DNA of 64,000 nucleotides from Candidatus Campbellbacteria bacterium (GTDB lineage Bacteria; Patescibacteriota; Minisyncoccia; Phycocordibacterales; JAXHMZ01): NCBI GenBank assembly GCA_034521025.1, contig JAXHMZ010000005.1, positions 197,176 to 261,175 of the forward strand, read 5' to 3'. Shown piece by piece: positions 29,693 to 39,115 of this stretch (position 1 is its first letter; each line of letters starts with the position of its first letter). The notes under the pieces were generated by a model. It saw only the letters and a program-made list of their open reading frames with translations, ran no database searches and was not told where the DNA came from. The position numbers and the translations under genes were made by a program.

Positions 29693-32175
29693 ACAGATTA
29701 GGACTCGGCACCACGTCACCCGCCGCCCTCCTAGACCTAGCCGGAGCCTTATCCATCAGAGAAATGTCAGCACCATCCACCGCACCGTCAGGACAGGGAA
29801 GAATATACTTTGACTCAAGCTCTAACACCTTCCAGGTGTCAGAAGACAGCGGAAGCTACGTAGATCTCGTTAACGCAGGCGGAGACATAGCTGGATCTGA
29901 CGGAGCTGTCCAATTCAACTCTTCCGGATCCTTTGGCGCCGACGACGCCAACTTCTTCTGGGATGATACGAATGACAGACTAGGACTAGGAACAAGCTCA
30001 CCCTCAGCTCGTCTCCACTCCCTCTCCACGACAGAACAACTCCGTCTCGGCTACGATGTATCCAACTACCTCTCAGCCACCGTCGGAAGTACCGGCTCCA
30101 CCACACTCGCACTAACGGGAACCTCACCTGAGTTCACTTTCTCCCAACTAACCAACTTCTCCGCGGGAGTGAACGTAAACGCCGAGACCATCACCGACTT
30201 CACCGGCACCGGCCTCACGCTCTCCACCAACGCTCTCACCGTAGACCAAACCGACCTTGACGTAGGAGGCTTCTCTACGTCGCTTACCGCTGGCTCCATC
30301 CCATTCTCCGACGGATCGAACCTTGCGCAGGACAACGCTAACTTCTTTTGGGATGACGGGAATAACCGTCTAGGAATTGGTACTGCTGTACCTAATACTG
30401 CACTAGATGTTGGCGGTCAAATAACTGTTTCAGGTAATCCTGCCATACTGGGTGATAACGGTTCGCTTTCCTTTACGGGTACTACATGGATCAGGTCCGA
30501 CAGCGGTCAAGGGGTAGCCCTTAGGGATAGTGCTAATAATGATGTTTTGTTAGCTGAGGAAGACGGTGATGTGATAATGAATCGAGGCAACGTCGGCATC
30601 GGGACGACGGGGCCGGGGACTAAGTTGGAAATAAATGACGAACGATGGGAAGATCTGGGGGGAGTTAAGTGGCAACAGTATTTTGGTACAAATTCTACAG
30701 GAGAAATGACCAGCGGAGATGGGCTTGGTATAAAGTTTGGAGCGGAAGGTTTCTCAGGGCAAAAAGCTGCGGGCATTGCTGCTGTTTCACCTAATAACAA
30801 TTATGCGAATTATATGGATTTGACGTTTTATACAGGCACTGAGTCTGTATTTACTGAAAAGATGCGTGTTGATTACACAGGCAACGTCGGCATCGGGACG
30901 ACGAGTCCTAGTGCGAAGTTGGACGTGAATGGCGCTACTCATATTAGCGGCAGAGTTGGCATAGGCACGACAAATACAAGTTTTGGTTCTATAGAGATAG
31001 GCAATGATGGCTCTACTTCCGGCATAGCTTTTAATGATGGTACAGGCACTTCCTTTAGAATTTATAGAAGTTCTAATATTGCTCATTTAAGTAGGGGAAG
31101 CACTTCGGCAATTGCAATTGATTCCACAGCCGATGTCGGCATCAAGACGGCGAGTCCCAGTTACGATTTAGAAGTGAACGGAAGTGCGGCCAAACCCGGA
31201 GGTGGATCATGGACAGACTCCTCGGACGAACGACTCAAAACCAATATCCAAGAGGTAGACGGAGCCCTGGACAAACTCACCAAACTCAACCCGGTAACCT
31301 ACGAGTGGAAGAACCCGGACCTACACGGCAACGTCGCCTCGGCCGGAGGTTTCCTCGCCCAAGACGTGAGAGAAGTATTTCCAGAATGGGTAAGTAAACA
31401 CGACGTTGATGGCGCCGACGCAGATCTCGTCGGCGAAGACGGACAAGCCTATTCTCTCCAGCTCCCATTCACCTTTAACGCCTATGTGGTGAGCTCGATC
31501 AAGGAGCTTGATCTGAAGGTGGATTCTATAGCAGATATGGAAAGTGAATTAGGAGAGTCCTTTCTCGATAACCTTATATCCGCGCTTGAGGAAAAAGTGG
31601 TTGCGGTGAAGGAGCTCATTGCGGACAGAATATCTACAAAAGAAATATGCTTACGTGACGAAACAGGCGAGACGTGTATAGATAGAGACGAGCTTGATCG
31701 ATTGTTAGAAGGAAACAGCCAAACAGGATCCGCGAGAAATACGGATAGCTCAAACAACGACGAAGGTGAAAGTGAAAGCAACGTCGATGACTCGGGTGGA
31801 AATAGCGAAGAATCTGACGGTGCCGAAGGAAGCGAATCTCCGGAAGAAGAAGGTGATAGCGATAATGGCGAGAGCGAAGAAGAGGGAAACTCCGAAGATG
31901 GCTCGGGAGAAGAAAATGAAGAAACAGGTCTGAGTGGAGAAGGTGAGGAAATAGAGGATGATGACGGCACTTCAGAAGAGGACGGAGCAGAAGAAGAAAG
32001 TGGTAACGAAGAAAACACGCAGGGGTCTGATCCAGAAACCGAAGACGAGTCAAGTACACAAGAGGGTGGTACAGACGGCACAGAAACCACAGATAGCACA
32101 GAGGAGAGTAGCGATGAAGAAAGTGATGCAGAGGCAAACGATTCGGGAGAAGAAAGTGGTACGTCAGAAGAATAG
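29146..32175 (+). CDS. Giant secreted/surface fibre protein paralog (1009 aa)
   Basis: Same N-terminus as giant 1. 'GNVGIGTT(S/G)P' repeats. Canonical 'SDERLKTNIQ...YEWKNPDL...GFLAQDVREVFPEWV' Peptidase_S74-type chaperone signature, then a ~150-aa D/E/G/S-rich tail. Confidence 0.8.
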   Translation: MKNFIKRPLPFLLVILAGFSLAVTALIAAPPASKYSPGETLDPTCAPGDTNCSVETNDVSSSTTDDLSEGSSNLYYTEARVSANSDVAANTTSRHNALSLGGSLDYLSLTGQTLTLNEIDVGTDTNLTAGSGVSLSSGTLDVDTSGINVGDLNTNFTTGSIPFSNGTNLTQDNTNLFWDDTNDRLGLGTTSPAALLDLAGALSIREMSAPSTAPSGQGRIYFDSSSNTFQVSEDSGSYVDLVNAGGDIAGSDGAVQFNSSGSFGADDANFFWDDTNDRLGLGTSSPSARLHSLSTTEQLRLGYDVSNYLSATVGSTGSTTLALTGTSPEFTFSQLTNFSAGVNVNAETITDFTGTGLTLSTNALTVDQTDLDVGGFSTSLTAGSIPFSDGSNLAQDNANFFWDDGNNRLGIGTAVPNTALDVGGQITVSGNPAILGDNGSLSFTGTTWIRSDSGQGVALRDSANNDVLLAEEDGDVIMNRGNVGIGTTGPGTKLEINDERWEDLGGVKWQQYFGTNSTGEMTSGDGLGIKFGAEGFSGQKAAGIAAVSPNNNYANYMDLTFYTGTESVFTEKMRVDYTGNVGIGTTSPSAKLDVNGATHISGRVGIGTTNTSFGSIEIGNDGSTSGIAFNDGTGTSFRIYRSSNIAHLSRGSTSAIAIDSTADVGIKTASPSYDLEVNGSAAKPGGGSWTDSSDERLKTNIQEVDGALDKLTKLNPVTYEWKNPDLHGNVASAGGFLAQDVREVFPEWVSKHDVDGADADLVGEDGQAYSLQLPFTFNAYVVSSIKELDLKVDSIADMESELGESFLDNLISALEEKVVAVKELIADRISTKEICLRDETGETCIDRDELDRLLEGNSQTGSARNTDSSNNDEGESESNVDDSGGNSEESDGAEGSESPEEEGDSDNGESEEEGNSEDGSGEENEETGLSGEGEEIEDDDGTSEEDGAEEESGNEENTQGSDPETEDESSTQEGGTDGTETTDSTEESSDEESDAEANDSGEESGTSEE

Positions 32176-32184
32176 CAGCAAACG

Positions 32185-32204
32185 TGTCAACCTGCCAGGT
32201 TGAC
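32185..32204. repeat. Perfect palindrome GTCAACCTG-c-CAGGTTGAC (terminator-like hairpin just after the giant-2 stop)
   Basis: 9+1+9 palindrome starting 10 nt after the TAG. Confidence 0.7.
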
Positions 32205-32258
32205 TGATTTGGCTGAATGAACAACTTCGGAAGTTACTCAAAGTAATACTTATAAATT

Positions 32259-32281
32259 CTCCCTAGGTTAAACCTAGGGAG
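32259..32281. repeat. Perfect 23-bp palindrome CTCCCTAGGTT-a-AACCTAGGGAG
   Basis: Seen directly in the sequence. Confidence 0.7.
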
Positions 32282-32325
32282 AAGGGGGTGGTACACCCGA
32301 AGAGAGGAGTGATGGGGCGGTAAAA

Positions 32326-32346
32326 TGTCAACCTGGGAGGTTGACA
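32326..32346. repeat. Perfect palindrome TGTCAACCT-ggg-AGGTTGACA (second copy of the GTCAACCT core)
   Basis: Seen directly in the sequence. Confidence 0.7.
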
Positions 32347-32433
32347 TTTAGGAAGCAAACGATTCTTAAGAATAATAATCTAATAGAAAAATCCCCGGCT
32401 GAAAGCGAAAAACAGCTCGGGGATGTATAGTGA

Positions 32434-32922
32434 CTATTTTCTTTCTAGCGTCAAGAAAGTGAAGTTGTATCCGTTTTCTGACCCCTCCTCTTTCTCTACT
32501 AATCTGAATTCTTTTTCGTTGAAATTCGGGAAGAAAACATCTCCTTCGAATTCTTCCTCGATGATCGTAAGGTACAAACGATCGGCTTTGTGCAGTGTGG
32601 CTCGGTAGACCTCCTGTCCGCCGATGATGAAAACCTCATCACTGCCTTCGTTCTCTCTGGCTTTACTTATGGCTTCACTCGGAGTGCGAGCGACGGTAAA
32701 GTTACGTCCGTTGCCGTACATTTCGCCTGAAACCACGATGTTCGTTCTATTGGGAAGTGATCGCCCAATAGATTCGTAAGTTCTCCGCCCCATTATTACT
32801 GGGTGCCCGGTAGTCAGTCTTTTGAAGCGCTTAAGGTCAGAGGGAATATTCCACGGCATACGGCCGTCTTTTCCCAGTACTCGGTCTTTTTTCGTGAACG
32901 CGGCTATGATATTCAACGTCAT
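32434..32922 (-). CDS. folA: Dihydrofolate reductase
   Basis: 'IIAA...GKDG.MPW' and 'GRRTYESIG' motifs. The start overlaps thyA's stop by 4 nt. Confidence 0.9.
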   Translation of the reverse strand: MTLNIIAAFTKKDRVLGKDGRMPWNIPSDLKRFKRLTTGHPVIMGRRTYESIGRSLPNRTNIVVSGEMYGNGRNFTVARTPSEAISKARENEGSDEVFIIGGQEVYRATLHKADRLYLTIIEEEFEGDVFFPNFNEKEFRLVEKEEGSENGYNFTFLTLERK

Positions 32923-33746
32923 ACCACCATTTCTGCCTTAATCGGCGGATGATGCTCGTAGTCGACGAGCTTAAAGTCATCCATAGAGAAGCCGTCGATT
33001 TCTTTGACTTCCGGATTGAGCCAAAGCTTGGGAAGGGGGAGCGGTTCTCTTTTCAATTGCTCCTCCACTGCCTCGAAGTGATCGTGGTAGATGTGGGCGT
33101 CATTGATCGTGATCGCCAATTCATCCGGCTCTAGGTTGCAAACTTGAGCAACCATAGAAAGAAGCAAGCCATAGCTTGCTATGTTGAAAGGAACGCCAAG
33201 GAACATATCTCCACTGCGCTGTGTCATCGCAAGCGAGATCTTGCCGTTACTTACGTAGAACTGAAAGAGCATATGGCAGGGAGGCAATGCCATCTTGCCG
33301 GTCTCCGCCGAATTCCACGCCGTTACGACATGTCGCCTGTTGTGGGGGTTGTTTTTGATCGACTCCAATACGTCTTTTAGTTGGTCGATCTCACCACCTT
33401 CCGGATCTCTCCAGCTTCTCCACTGAACACCATAAATACGCCCGAGATCTCCCGGGAATTGCGCTTTTGGTTGCCAGTAGTCAGCTTCGGCGTTAGCCGT
33501 CCAGATGGTTTTATCTTTGCCCGCGATCTCTTTGAGTCGATTATCGTCGTTTGATCCTTCTAAAAACCAAAGCAACTCTGAGGCTACCGCCTTGAATGCC
33601 AGCTTTTTAGTCGTGAGGGCGGGGAAAGAATCTCGGAGATTCGCTCGGAATTGAAGCGCGAAAAGAGAACGTGTGTTGCCATTCCTGCCATCTCTGTCTT
33701 CTCCGTTTTTGTATACGTCCTCGAGCAGGTCTAAGTATCTTCTCAT
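32919..33746 (-). CDS. thyA: Thymidylate synthase (ThyA type)
   Basis: Conserved ThyA sequence ('RRHVVTAWN', 'LPPCHMLFQFYV' region); 275 aa. Confidence 0.95.
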   Translation of the reverse strand: MRRYLDLLEDVYKNGEDRDGRNGNTRSLFALQFRANLRDSFPALTTKKLAFKAVASELLWFLEGSNDDNRLKEIAGKDKTIWTANAEADYWQPKAQFPGDLGRIYGVQWRSWRDPEGGEIDQLKDVLESIKNNPHNRRHVVTAWNSAETGKMALPPCHMLFQFYVSNGKISLAMTQRSGDMFLGVPFNIASYGLLLSMVAQVCNLEPDELAITINDAHIYHDHFEAVEEQLKREPLPLPKLWLNPEVKEIDGFSMDDFKLVDYEHHPPIKAEMVV

Positions 33747-33850
33747 GATTCCTCCTTCTTATTAATTTCCTCTTCTATTGTACAGAACCGAGTAGGAAAA
33801 GAAAAATTCCCTGTTTTTTCGGGTCGGTTTAGAAAATAAAAAACTTCCCG

Positions 33851-34441
33851 TTAAGTTAAACGGGAAGTTCGCTTGGACTTCTTTTCCTTTATGAGCATGT
33901 TGTCTGCTGCAATGTAGATCGCCTCTAGGCTGTGCAATCCTTTGGGAACGAACACGAATCCGTAAGAGAAACCAAAGCAGTGGTCAATTTCCCCATCGAA
34001 TTCATTTTGAAAGTATTGGCTGGCGGTTTTGGAAAAAAGGGCGGCAATTCGTTTGAATATCTTCCTGACCTCTTTTTCTGTATTCTCCATTCCCTCAGTT
34101 GTGAGTGCCAAGACGAACTCGTCGCCTCCGTACCTGCCTACCAGGTCTTCACGCTTTATGTTGTGCTCGAATGCTTTTGCAAGCAGTCGGATCAACATAT
34201 CACCGTAAACGTGCCCGTGGCGGTCGTTGACGATCTTCAGACCGTCCATATCGACCATGCAGATCACTTGAGATTGCCTGCGAAGTTTCTCGCGTACCTT
34301 TTCTTCCCAAGGTTTGCGCCGAAGGACGCCTGTCAGGTCGTCCCTTTCGAGCTCCTCGATCCTACTTTCGAGGATACCTATCTCAGACTTTAGACTTTTT
34401 ACTTTATTTTCAAGCAGTTCTTTCTCCAGATCTTGGATCAT
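33851..34441 (-). CDS. GGDEF-domain diguanylate cyclase with an N-terminal coiled coil and no sensor domain
   Basis: 'RYGGDEF' active-site motif and 'DMDGLKIVND..GH..GD'. Confidence 0.8.
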   Translation of the reverse strand: MIQDLEKELLENKVKSLKSEIGILESRIEELERDDLTGVLRRKPWEEKVREKLRRQSQVICMVDMDGLKIVNDRHGHVYGDMLIRLLAKAFEHNIKREDLVGRYGGDEFVLALTTEGMENTEKEVRKIFKRIAALFSKTASQYFQNEFDGEIDHCFGFSYGFVFVPKGLHSLEAIYIAADNMLIKEKKSKRTSRLT

Positions 34442-34811
34442 TTAAGTCCTTCTCCTTTTTTTTTCGTATCGAGAGAATTTTTCTCTGAGTTTTCTTTCGG
34501 GGCAGGGCTTTGTCTCTAGCTATTATTTAGCCATATTTTTTCGTATAAGTCAATGTAATTTGAATTTAATTTAGATAAAATAATTTTTCTTGACTTCTAA
34601 TAGAGCTTTCGCTAGTATACCTCTAACGCGTATGTAGCGCTGTTTTTGTTTGCTGTTATTTGGTATAATAGCAGGCGTTACCTAGCGGGTAATTCGTAAA
34701 ATTATTAGAAGAAAGCTAAATAGTGTAGAAAGGCTAGTCACGCTCACGCATTATCCTCTCTACATTATTAGATTAAAACGAGTTAAATTAACTCAAAATA
34801 AATAAAACGTT

Positions 34812-36005
34812 ATGGCAGAAGAATTTGATAGGAGTAAACCACACGTCAACGTAGGTACCATCGGACACGTTGACCACGGTAAGTCAACTCTTACCGCAGC
34901 AATTACACACACCCTTCATATGAAAGGACTTGCCAAGAAGCAAGTTTCAGTGGAGGACTTGGACAAAAGTCCAGAAGAAAAGTCTCGAGGTATTACTATC
35001 TCGATTCACCACTCTGAATACGAATCAGAGAATAGGCACTACGCTCACGTAGATGCTCCCGGACACGCCGACTATATTAAGAACATGATCACTGGAGCCG
35101 CACAGATGGACGGCGCCATTCTTGTTGTAGCGGCTACGGACGGAGTTATGCCACAGACTCGCGAACACATCCTTCTCGCGAAGCAGGTTGGTGTACCTAA
35201 GATCATAGTATTCCTTAACAAGTGCGACATGGTTGAGGACAATGATCTAGTTGACCTCGTAGAAGAAGAGGTGCGTGAGCTCCTTACCGAACAAGAATTT
35301 GACGGAGAAAACGCTCCTATTGTTCGAGGTTCCGCTTTGAAAGCACTCGAAGCTGATTCCGAGGATGATGAATGGGTACAAAAAATACTAGAGCTAGTAA
35401 GCGCTCTTGATGAATACATTCCTACCCCCGAGAGAGAAACTGACAAGCCATTCCTTATGCCGGTTGAAGACATCTTCTCGATTGAAGGACGAGGTACGGT
35501 TGTAACCGGTAGAATTGAAAGAGGAGTAGTAAAGGTAGGAGGAGAGATCGAAATTGTCGGACTCAAAGACACCCAAAAGACCACAGTTACCGGTGTAGAA
35601 ATGTTCAACAAACAGCTTCAAGAGGGAATGGCTGGTGACAACGCCGGTATCCTTCTTCGCGGATTGAAAAAAGACGATGTAACTCGCGGTCAAGTACTCG
35701 CGCATCCGGGCTCTGTTACTCCGCACGATGACTTTGAAGCTGAAGTATATATCCTCAACAAAGAAGAAGGAGGACGTCACACGCCTTTCTTCACCGGATA
35801 CAAGCCGCAGTTCTATATCAGAACTACGGACGTAACCGGAGATGTTACTCTGCCGGAAGGAACCGAGATGGTTATGCCGGGAGATACCGTTACCTTCAAA
35901 GTTAAGTTGGTAGCGCCGGTAGCTCTCGAAGAGCAACAGCGTTTCGCTATCCGAGAGGGTGGCAAGACAGTTGGAGCCGGAGTTGTAACCAAGATCAACT
36001 CGTAA
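34812..36005 (+). CDS. tuf: Elongation factor Tu
   Basis: '[10 protein letters not shown]', 'DAPGHADY' and 'NKCD' motifs; 397 aa. Confidence 0.95.
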   Translation: MAEEFDRSKPHVNVGTIGHVDHGKSTLTAAITHTLHMKGLAKKQVSVEDLDKSPEEKSRGITISIHHSEYESENRHYAHVDAPGHADYIKNMITGAAQMDGAILVVAATDGVMPQTREHILLAKQVGVPKIIVFLNKCDMVEDNDLVDLVEEEVRELLTEQEFDGENAPIVRGSALKALEADSEDDEWVQKILELVSALDEYIPTPERETDKPFLMPVEDIFSIEGRGTVVTGRIERGVVKVGGEIEIVGLKDTQKTTVTGVEMFNKQLQEGMAGDNAGILLRGLKKDDVTRGQVLAHPGSVTPHDDFEAEVYILNKEEGGRHTPFFTGYKPQFYIRTTDVTGDVTLPEGTEMVMPGDTVTFKVKLVAPVALEEQQRFAIREGGKTVGAGVVTKINS

Positions 36006-36025
36006 GATAGACACTTATCCTATTT

Positions 36026-36400
36026 ATGGCAGAGTCAACCAAAACAAAAAAGGAAACCAAAGAAGGAGCAAAAAAAGGAGCTAATCCGGAAGGCGTGGAG
36101 CGATTGCGGATCAAAGTACAAGCGTACGAATCCAAAATTCTTGATAATTCGGTCCGCCAGATAATCGATACCGCGGTACGTTACGACGCAAAAGTTCGCG
36201 GTCCGGTTCCTCTGCCTACCAACACCAAGAAGTACACGGTCAATCGTTCTTCGTTCGTACACAAAGACTCGCGTGAGCAATATGAAATGCGAACGCACCG
36301 CCGACTTATTGACATTCTCGAGCCGTCGGGTAAGGTGATCGAAGCATTGACGAATCTTTCGCTCCCGTCTGGTATTTCCATCGACGTAAAGATGATCTAG
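36026..36400 (+). CDS. rpsJ: 30S ribosomal protein S10 (with a ~20-aa N-terminal extension)
   Basis: 'RIKVQAYESKILDNSVRQIID...GPVPLPT' matches S10. Confidence 0.9.
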   Translation: MAESTKTKKETKEGAKKGANPEGVERLRIKVQAYESKILDNSVRQIIDTAVRYDAKVRGPVPLPTNTKKYTVNRSSFVHKDSREQYEMRTHRRLIDILEPSGKVIEALTNLSLPSGISIDVKMI

Positions 36401-36508
36401 AGCGAGCGGTCTGGTTTGTTCAAACTTATTGCGTAAACCTTACTTTTCTCTAAAAGTGCCTGATTTTTGATAGATCTTTGATCTATCGCTTGGCTAATAC
36501 AGAAAATA

Positions 36509-37123
36509 ATGAAATTTATCCTAGGAACAAAAGAAAATATGACTCAGCTCTTTCTCGAGAGTGGGAGCATGACACCTGTTACGGTCATCAAAGCTGAGCC
36601 GGCGGTGGTTACTCGCATTCGTGAGAAAGATCGAGACGGGTATGTAGCCGTGCAGATCGGCTCAGGAGAGAAAAAAGAAAAGAACATCTCCAAGCCGGAA
36701 AAGGGTCAATTCAAAGGGTTGGGTAACTTTCGTTATTTAAGGGAGTTTAGACTGCCCGAGTCGGAGGAAGTAGCGGTAAAAGAAGGTGATAGTGTTTCAC
36801 TGGATCAGTTTGAGACCGGTGACAAGGTTCGTCTCACCGGAGTTAGCAAAGGTAAGGGCTTCCAAGGAGTTGTGAAGCGACACAAATTTGCCGGTGGACC
36901 TCGAAGTCACGGTCAAAAGCACTCGGAACGAGAAGCGGGATCTATCGGAGCAACCGGTCCACAGCGCGTACTCAAGGGTACCAAAATGCCCGGACGAATG
37001 GGATCTGACACGATCACCGTTAAGAAAGCTTCGGTTGTGAAAGTTGACACGGATAATAATTTGATTTATGTAAAGGGAGCCGTCCCCGGACGCAAGGGAA
37101 CCCTTATTAAGATAACTGCATAG
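36509..37123 (+). CDS. rplC: 50S ribosomal protein L3
   Basis: Conserved L3 sequence in the expected position. Confidence 0.9.
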   Translation: MKFILGTKENMTQLFLESGSMTPVTVIKAEPAVVTRIREKDRDGYVAVQIGSGEKKEKNISKPEKGQFKGLGNFRYLREFRLPESEEVAVKEGDSVSLDQFETGDKVRLTGVSKGKGFQGVVKRHKFAGGPRSHGQKHSEREAGSIGATGPQRVLKGTKMPGRMGSDTITVKKASVVKVDTDNNLIYVKGAVPGRKGTLIKITA

Positions 37124-37125
37124 GT

Positions 37126-37794
37126 ATGAAAGCGGATATTTATACAGCCAAAGGAGAAAAGAAAGGTAGCGCGACTTTACCAGAAGAGATCTTCGGACTT
37201 CCTTGGAACGCCGATTTGGTGCACCAGGTAGTTACTTCCATACAGTCAAACAGACGCACTCCCGTAGCACACGCCAAAGGAAGAAATGAAGTCCGAGGTG
37301 GTGGAGCCAAGCCTTGGCGCCAGAAAGGCACCGGAAACGCGCGACACGGTTCAATCCGTAGCCCTCTTTGGATAGGCGGTGGGGTTACACACGGCCCGCT
37401 AAAGGGGAAGGACTACACAAAGAAGATCAATAAAAAGATGAGGTCGAAAGCTCTCTTTACCATTCTCTCGAGGAAGCTCGTCGATGGCGAGATCGTTTTT
37501 CTCGAGTCTTTGTCCGAGTTGGACTCAGAAGGAAAAACCAAAGAAGCAAAGAATATAGTGGATACATTGTCCAAGGTGAAAGGGTTAGAAGGAATTTCTC
37601 GGAAAAAAGGTAATGCTGCGCTCATAGCGTTGGGAGACGCGTCCGCTGAAATAAAGCGAAGCTTTAAGAACATTCCTACGGTAAGTGCCCACGAAGTAGA
37701 GAATCTGAGCGCGCTTGACGTGTTGAATTACAAGTATATAGTGATCACTGATCCTGAGAGATCTATAGAATTTCTCAAGAGTAAAAACAATTAA
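37126..37794 (+). CDS. rplD: 50S ribosomal protein L4
   Basis: Conserved L4 sequence. Confidence 0.9.
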   Translation: MKADIYTAKGEKKGSATLPEEIFGLPWNADLVHQVVTSIQSNRRTPVAHAKGRNEVRGGGAKPWRQKGTGNARHGSIRSPLWIGGGVTHGPLKGKDYTKKINKKMRSKALFTILSRKLVDGEIVFLESLSELDSEGKTKEAKNIVDTLSKVKGLEGISRKKGNAALIALGDASAEIKRSFKNIPTVSAHEVENLSALDVLNYKYIVITDPERSIEFLKSKNN

Positions 37795-37796
37795 TT

Positions 37797-38198
37797 ATGC
37801 CTTTGTTTGGACGAAAAGCGAAAACTGAAGAAAAGGACAAGAGTGCGACAGAAGTAGACAAAACTGAGGCAAGTAAATCTCAGAGTAAGGATAGTGCTGT
37901 ACTCCAGCCGGTCCTAAATTCTTTTAACCCAGGGTCGGTTATCCTCCGTCCTCACGTTACCGAAAAAGCGGCTATAGCCACCGACGACGGGGTATATGTT
38001 TTTGTGGTCGCTGAAGACGCGAACAAGCACAAAGTTCGTGAAGCCGTCAAGCAAACGTACAAAAAGACACCGCAAAAAGTAAGGATCGCCCGAAAAGCCG
38101 ACAAGCAAGTACGTCGTCGTGGCGGAATGGGTGTCAAAAAGGGGCTGAAAAAGGCCTACGTGTATATGAAAGAAGGGGAAACGCTTGATATTCTTTAA
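37797..38198 (+). CDS. rplW: 50S ribosomal protein L23 (with an N-terminal extension)
   Basis: Conserved L23 core from 'VILRPHVTEKA'. Confidence 0.85.
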   Translation: MPLFGRKAKTEEKDKSATEVDKTEASKSQSKDSAVLQPVLNSFNPGSVILRPHVTEKAAIATDDGVYVFVVAEDANKHKVREAVKQTYKKTPQKVRIARKADKQVRRRGGMGVKKGLKKAYVYMKEGETLDIL

Positions 38199-38222
38199 AT
38201 ATTTTAAGTTTGTATTTTAATT

Positions 38223-39068
38223 ATGAAATCCTATAAACCAACCAGTCCAGCTCGCCGACATATGACCGTAGTTTCAACCGGGAAGGTTTTGAGTGGAGCC
38301 AAGCCCGCCAAGAAATTGACAAAAGGTTATAAGCGATCAGTTGGACGCAATCATCAAGGGCGATTAACTTCACGGCACAAAGGCGGTGGACACAAGAGAA
38401 AAACTCGCGAGATCGACTGGATTTTTGATAAGCACGACATTCCGGCAAAGATCGAGTCTTTGGAATATGATCCAAACAGAAGCGGATTTATTGCTCTAGT
38501 GGTTTACGCAGATGGAGAGAAGCGGTACATCCTGGCACCCAAAAACGTGAAGGTCGGCCAGGATCTTGTTGTCTCAAAGGATGCACCAATAAAGGCGGGC
38601 AACAGGACCATGCTTTCACGAATGCCGGTTGGTACTTTTGTCTACAATATAGAAATAAAGCCAAACCAGGGCGGCAAGTTGGTCCGTTCAGCGGGTAATT
38701 ACGCCGAGGTCATAGCAGTAGAGGGTGATTACGTGAGTTTGAAAATGCCATCAACAGAGGTAAGAAAGGTATTGGGTCGCAACTTTGCCACCGTTGGAGA
38801 AGTTTCGAATCCGGAACATCGTTTGCGTACTGTTGGTAAGGCCGGTAGGTCGCGACATATGGGAGTTCGACCGACAGTTAGAGGTTCCGCTATGAATGCT
38901 GTCGATCACCCTTATGGTGGCGGTGAAGGAAGAGCCGGACGCGGAATGCGTCGAGCAAAATCCAAGTGGGGCAAGCCAACCGGTCTGGGGCAGAAAACGC
39001 GTACCCCTAAAAAGTATTCCGATAGATTGATCATAAACAAGAGAAAGTCTAAGAGGCGCTCAAAATAG
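38223..39068 (+). CDS. rplB: 50S ribosomal protein L2
   Basis: Conserved L2 sequence ('GGGHKR', 'VRGSAMNAVDHPYGGGEG'). Confidence 0.95.
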   Translation: MKSYKPTSPARRHMTVVSTGKVLSGAKPAKKLTKGYKRSVGRNHQGRLTSRHKGGGHKRKTREIDWIFDKHDIPAKIESLEYDPNRSGFIALVVYADGEKRYILAPKNVKVGQDLVVSKDAPIKAGNRTMLSRMPVGTFVYNIEIKPNQGGKLVRSAGNYAEVIAVEGDYVSLKMPSTEVRKVLGRNFATVGEVSNPEHRLRTVGKAGRSRHMGVRPTVRGSAMNAVDHPYGGGEGRAGRGMRRAKSKWGKPTGLGQKTRTPKKYSDRLIINKRKSKRRSK

Positions 39069-39115
39069 GTCTTATTTGACATAAGCACCTCTTTTCTATA
39101 GTATTTGCAAACGTT

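Noticed and set aside
34442-34811. Possible tRNA genes upstream of tuf (as in many bacteria)
   Set aside because: No cloverleaf-compatible segment (no GTTC-type T-loop or acceptor pairing) found by eye. The region looks like an AT-rich promoter (TTGACT...TGGTATAAT).
35072-36014. Antisense ORFs (179 and 206 aa) within tuf
   Set aside because: Antisense to a highly conserved gene. No support.
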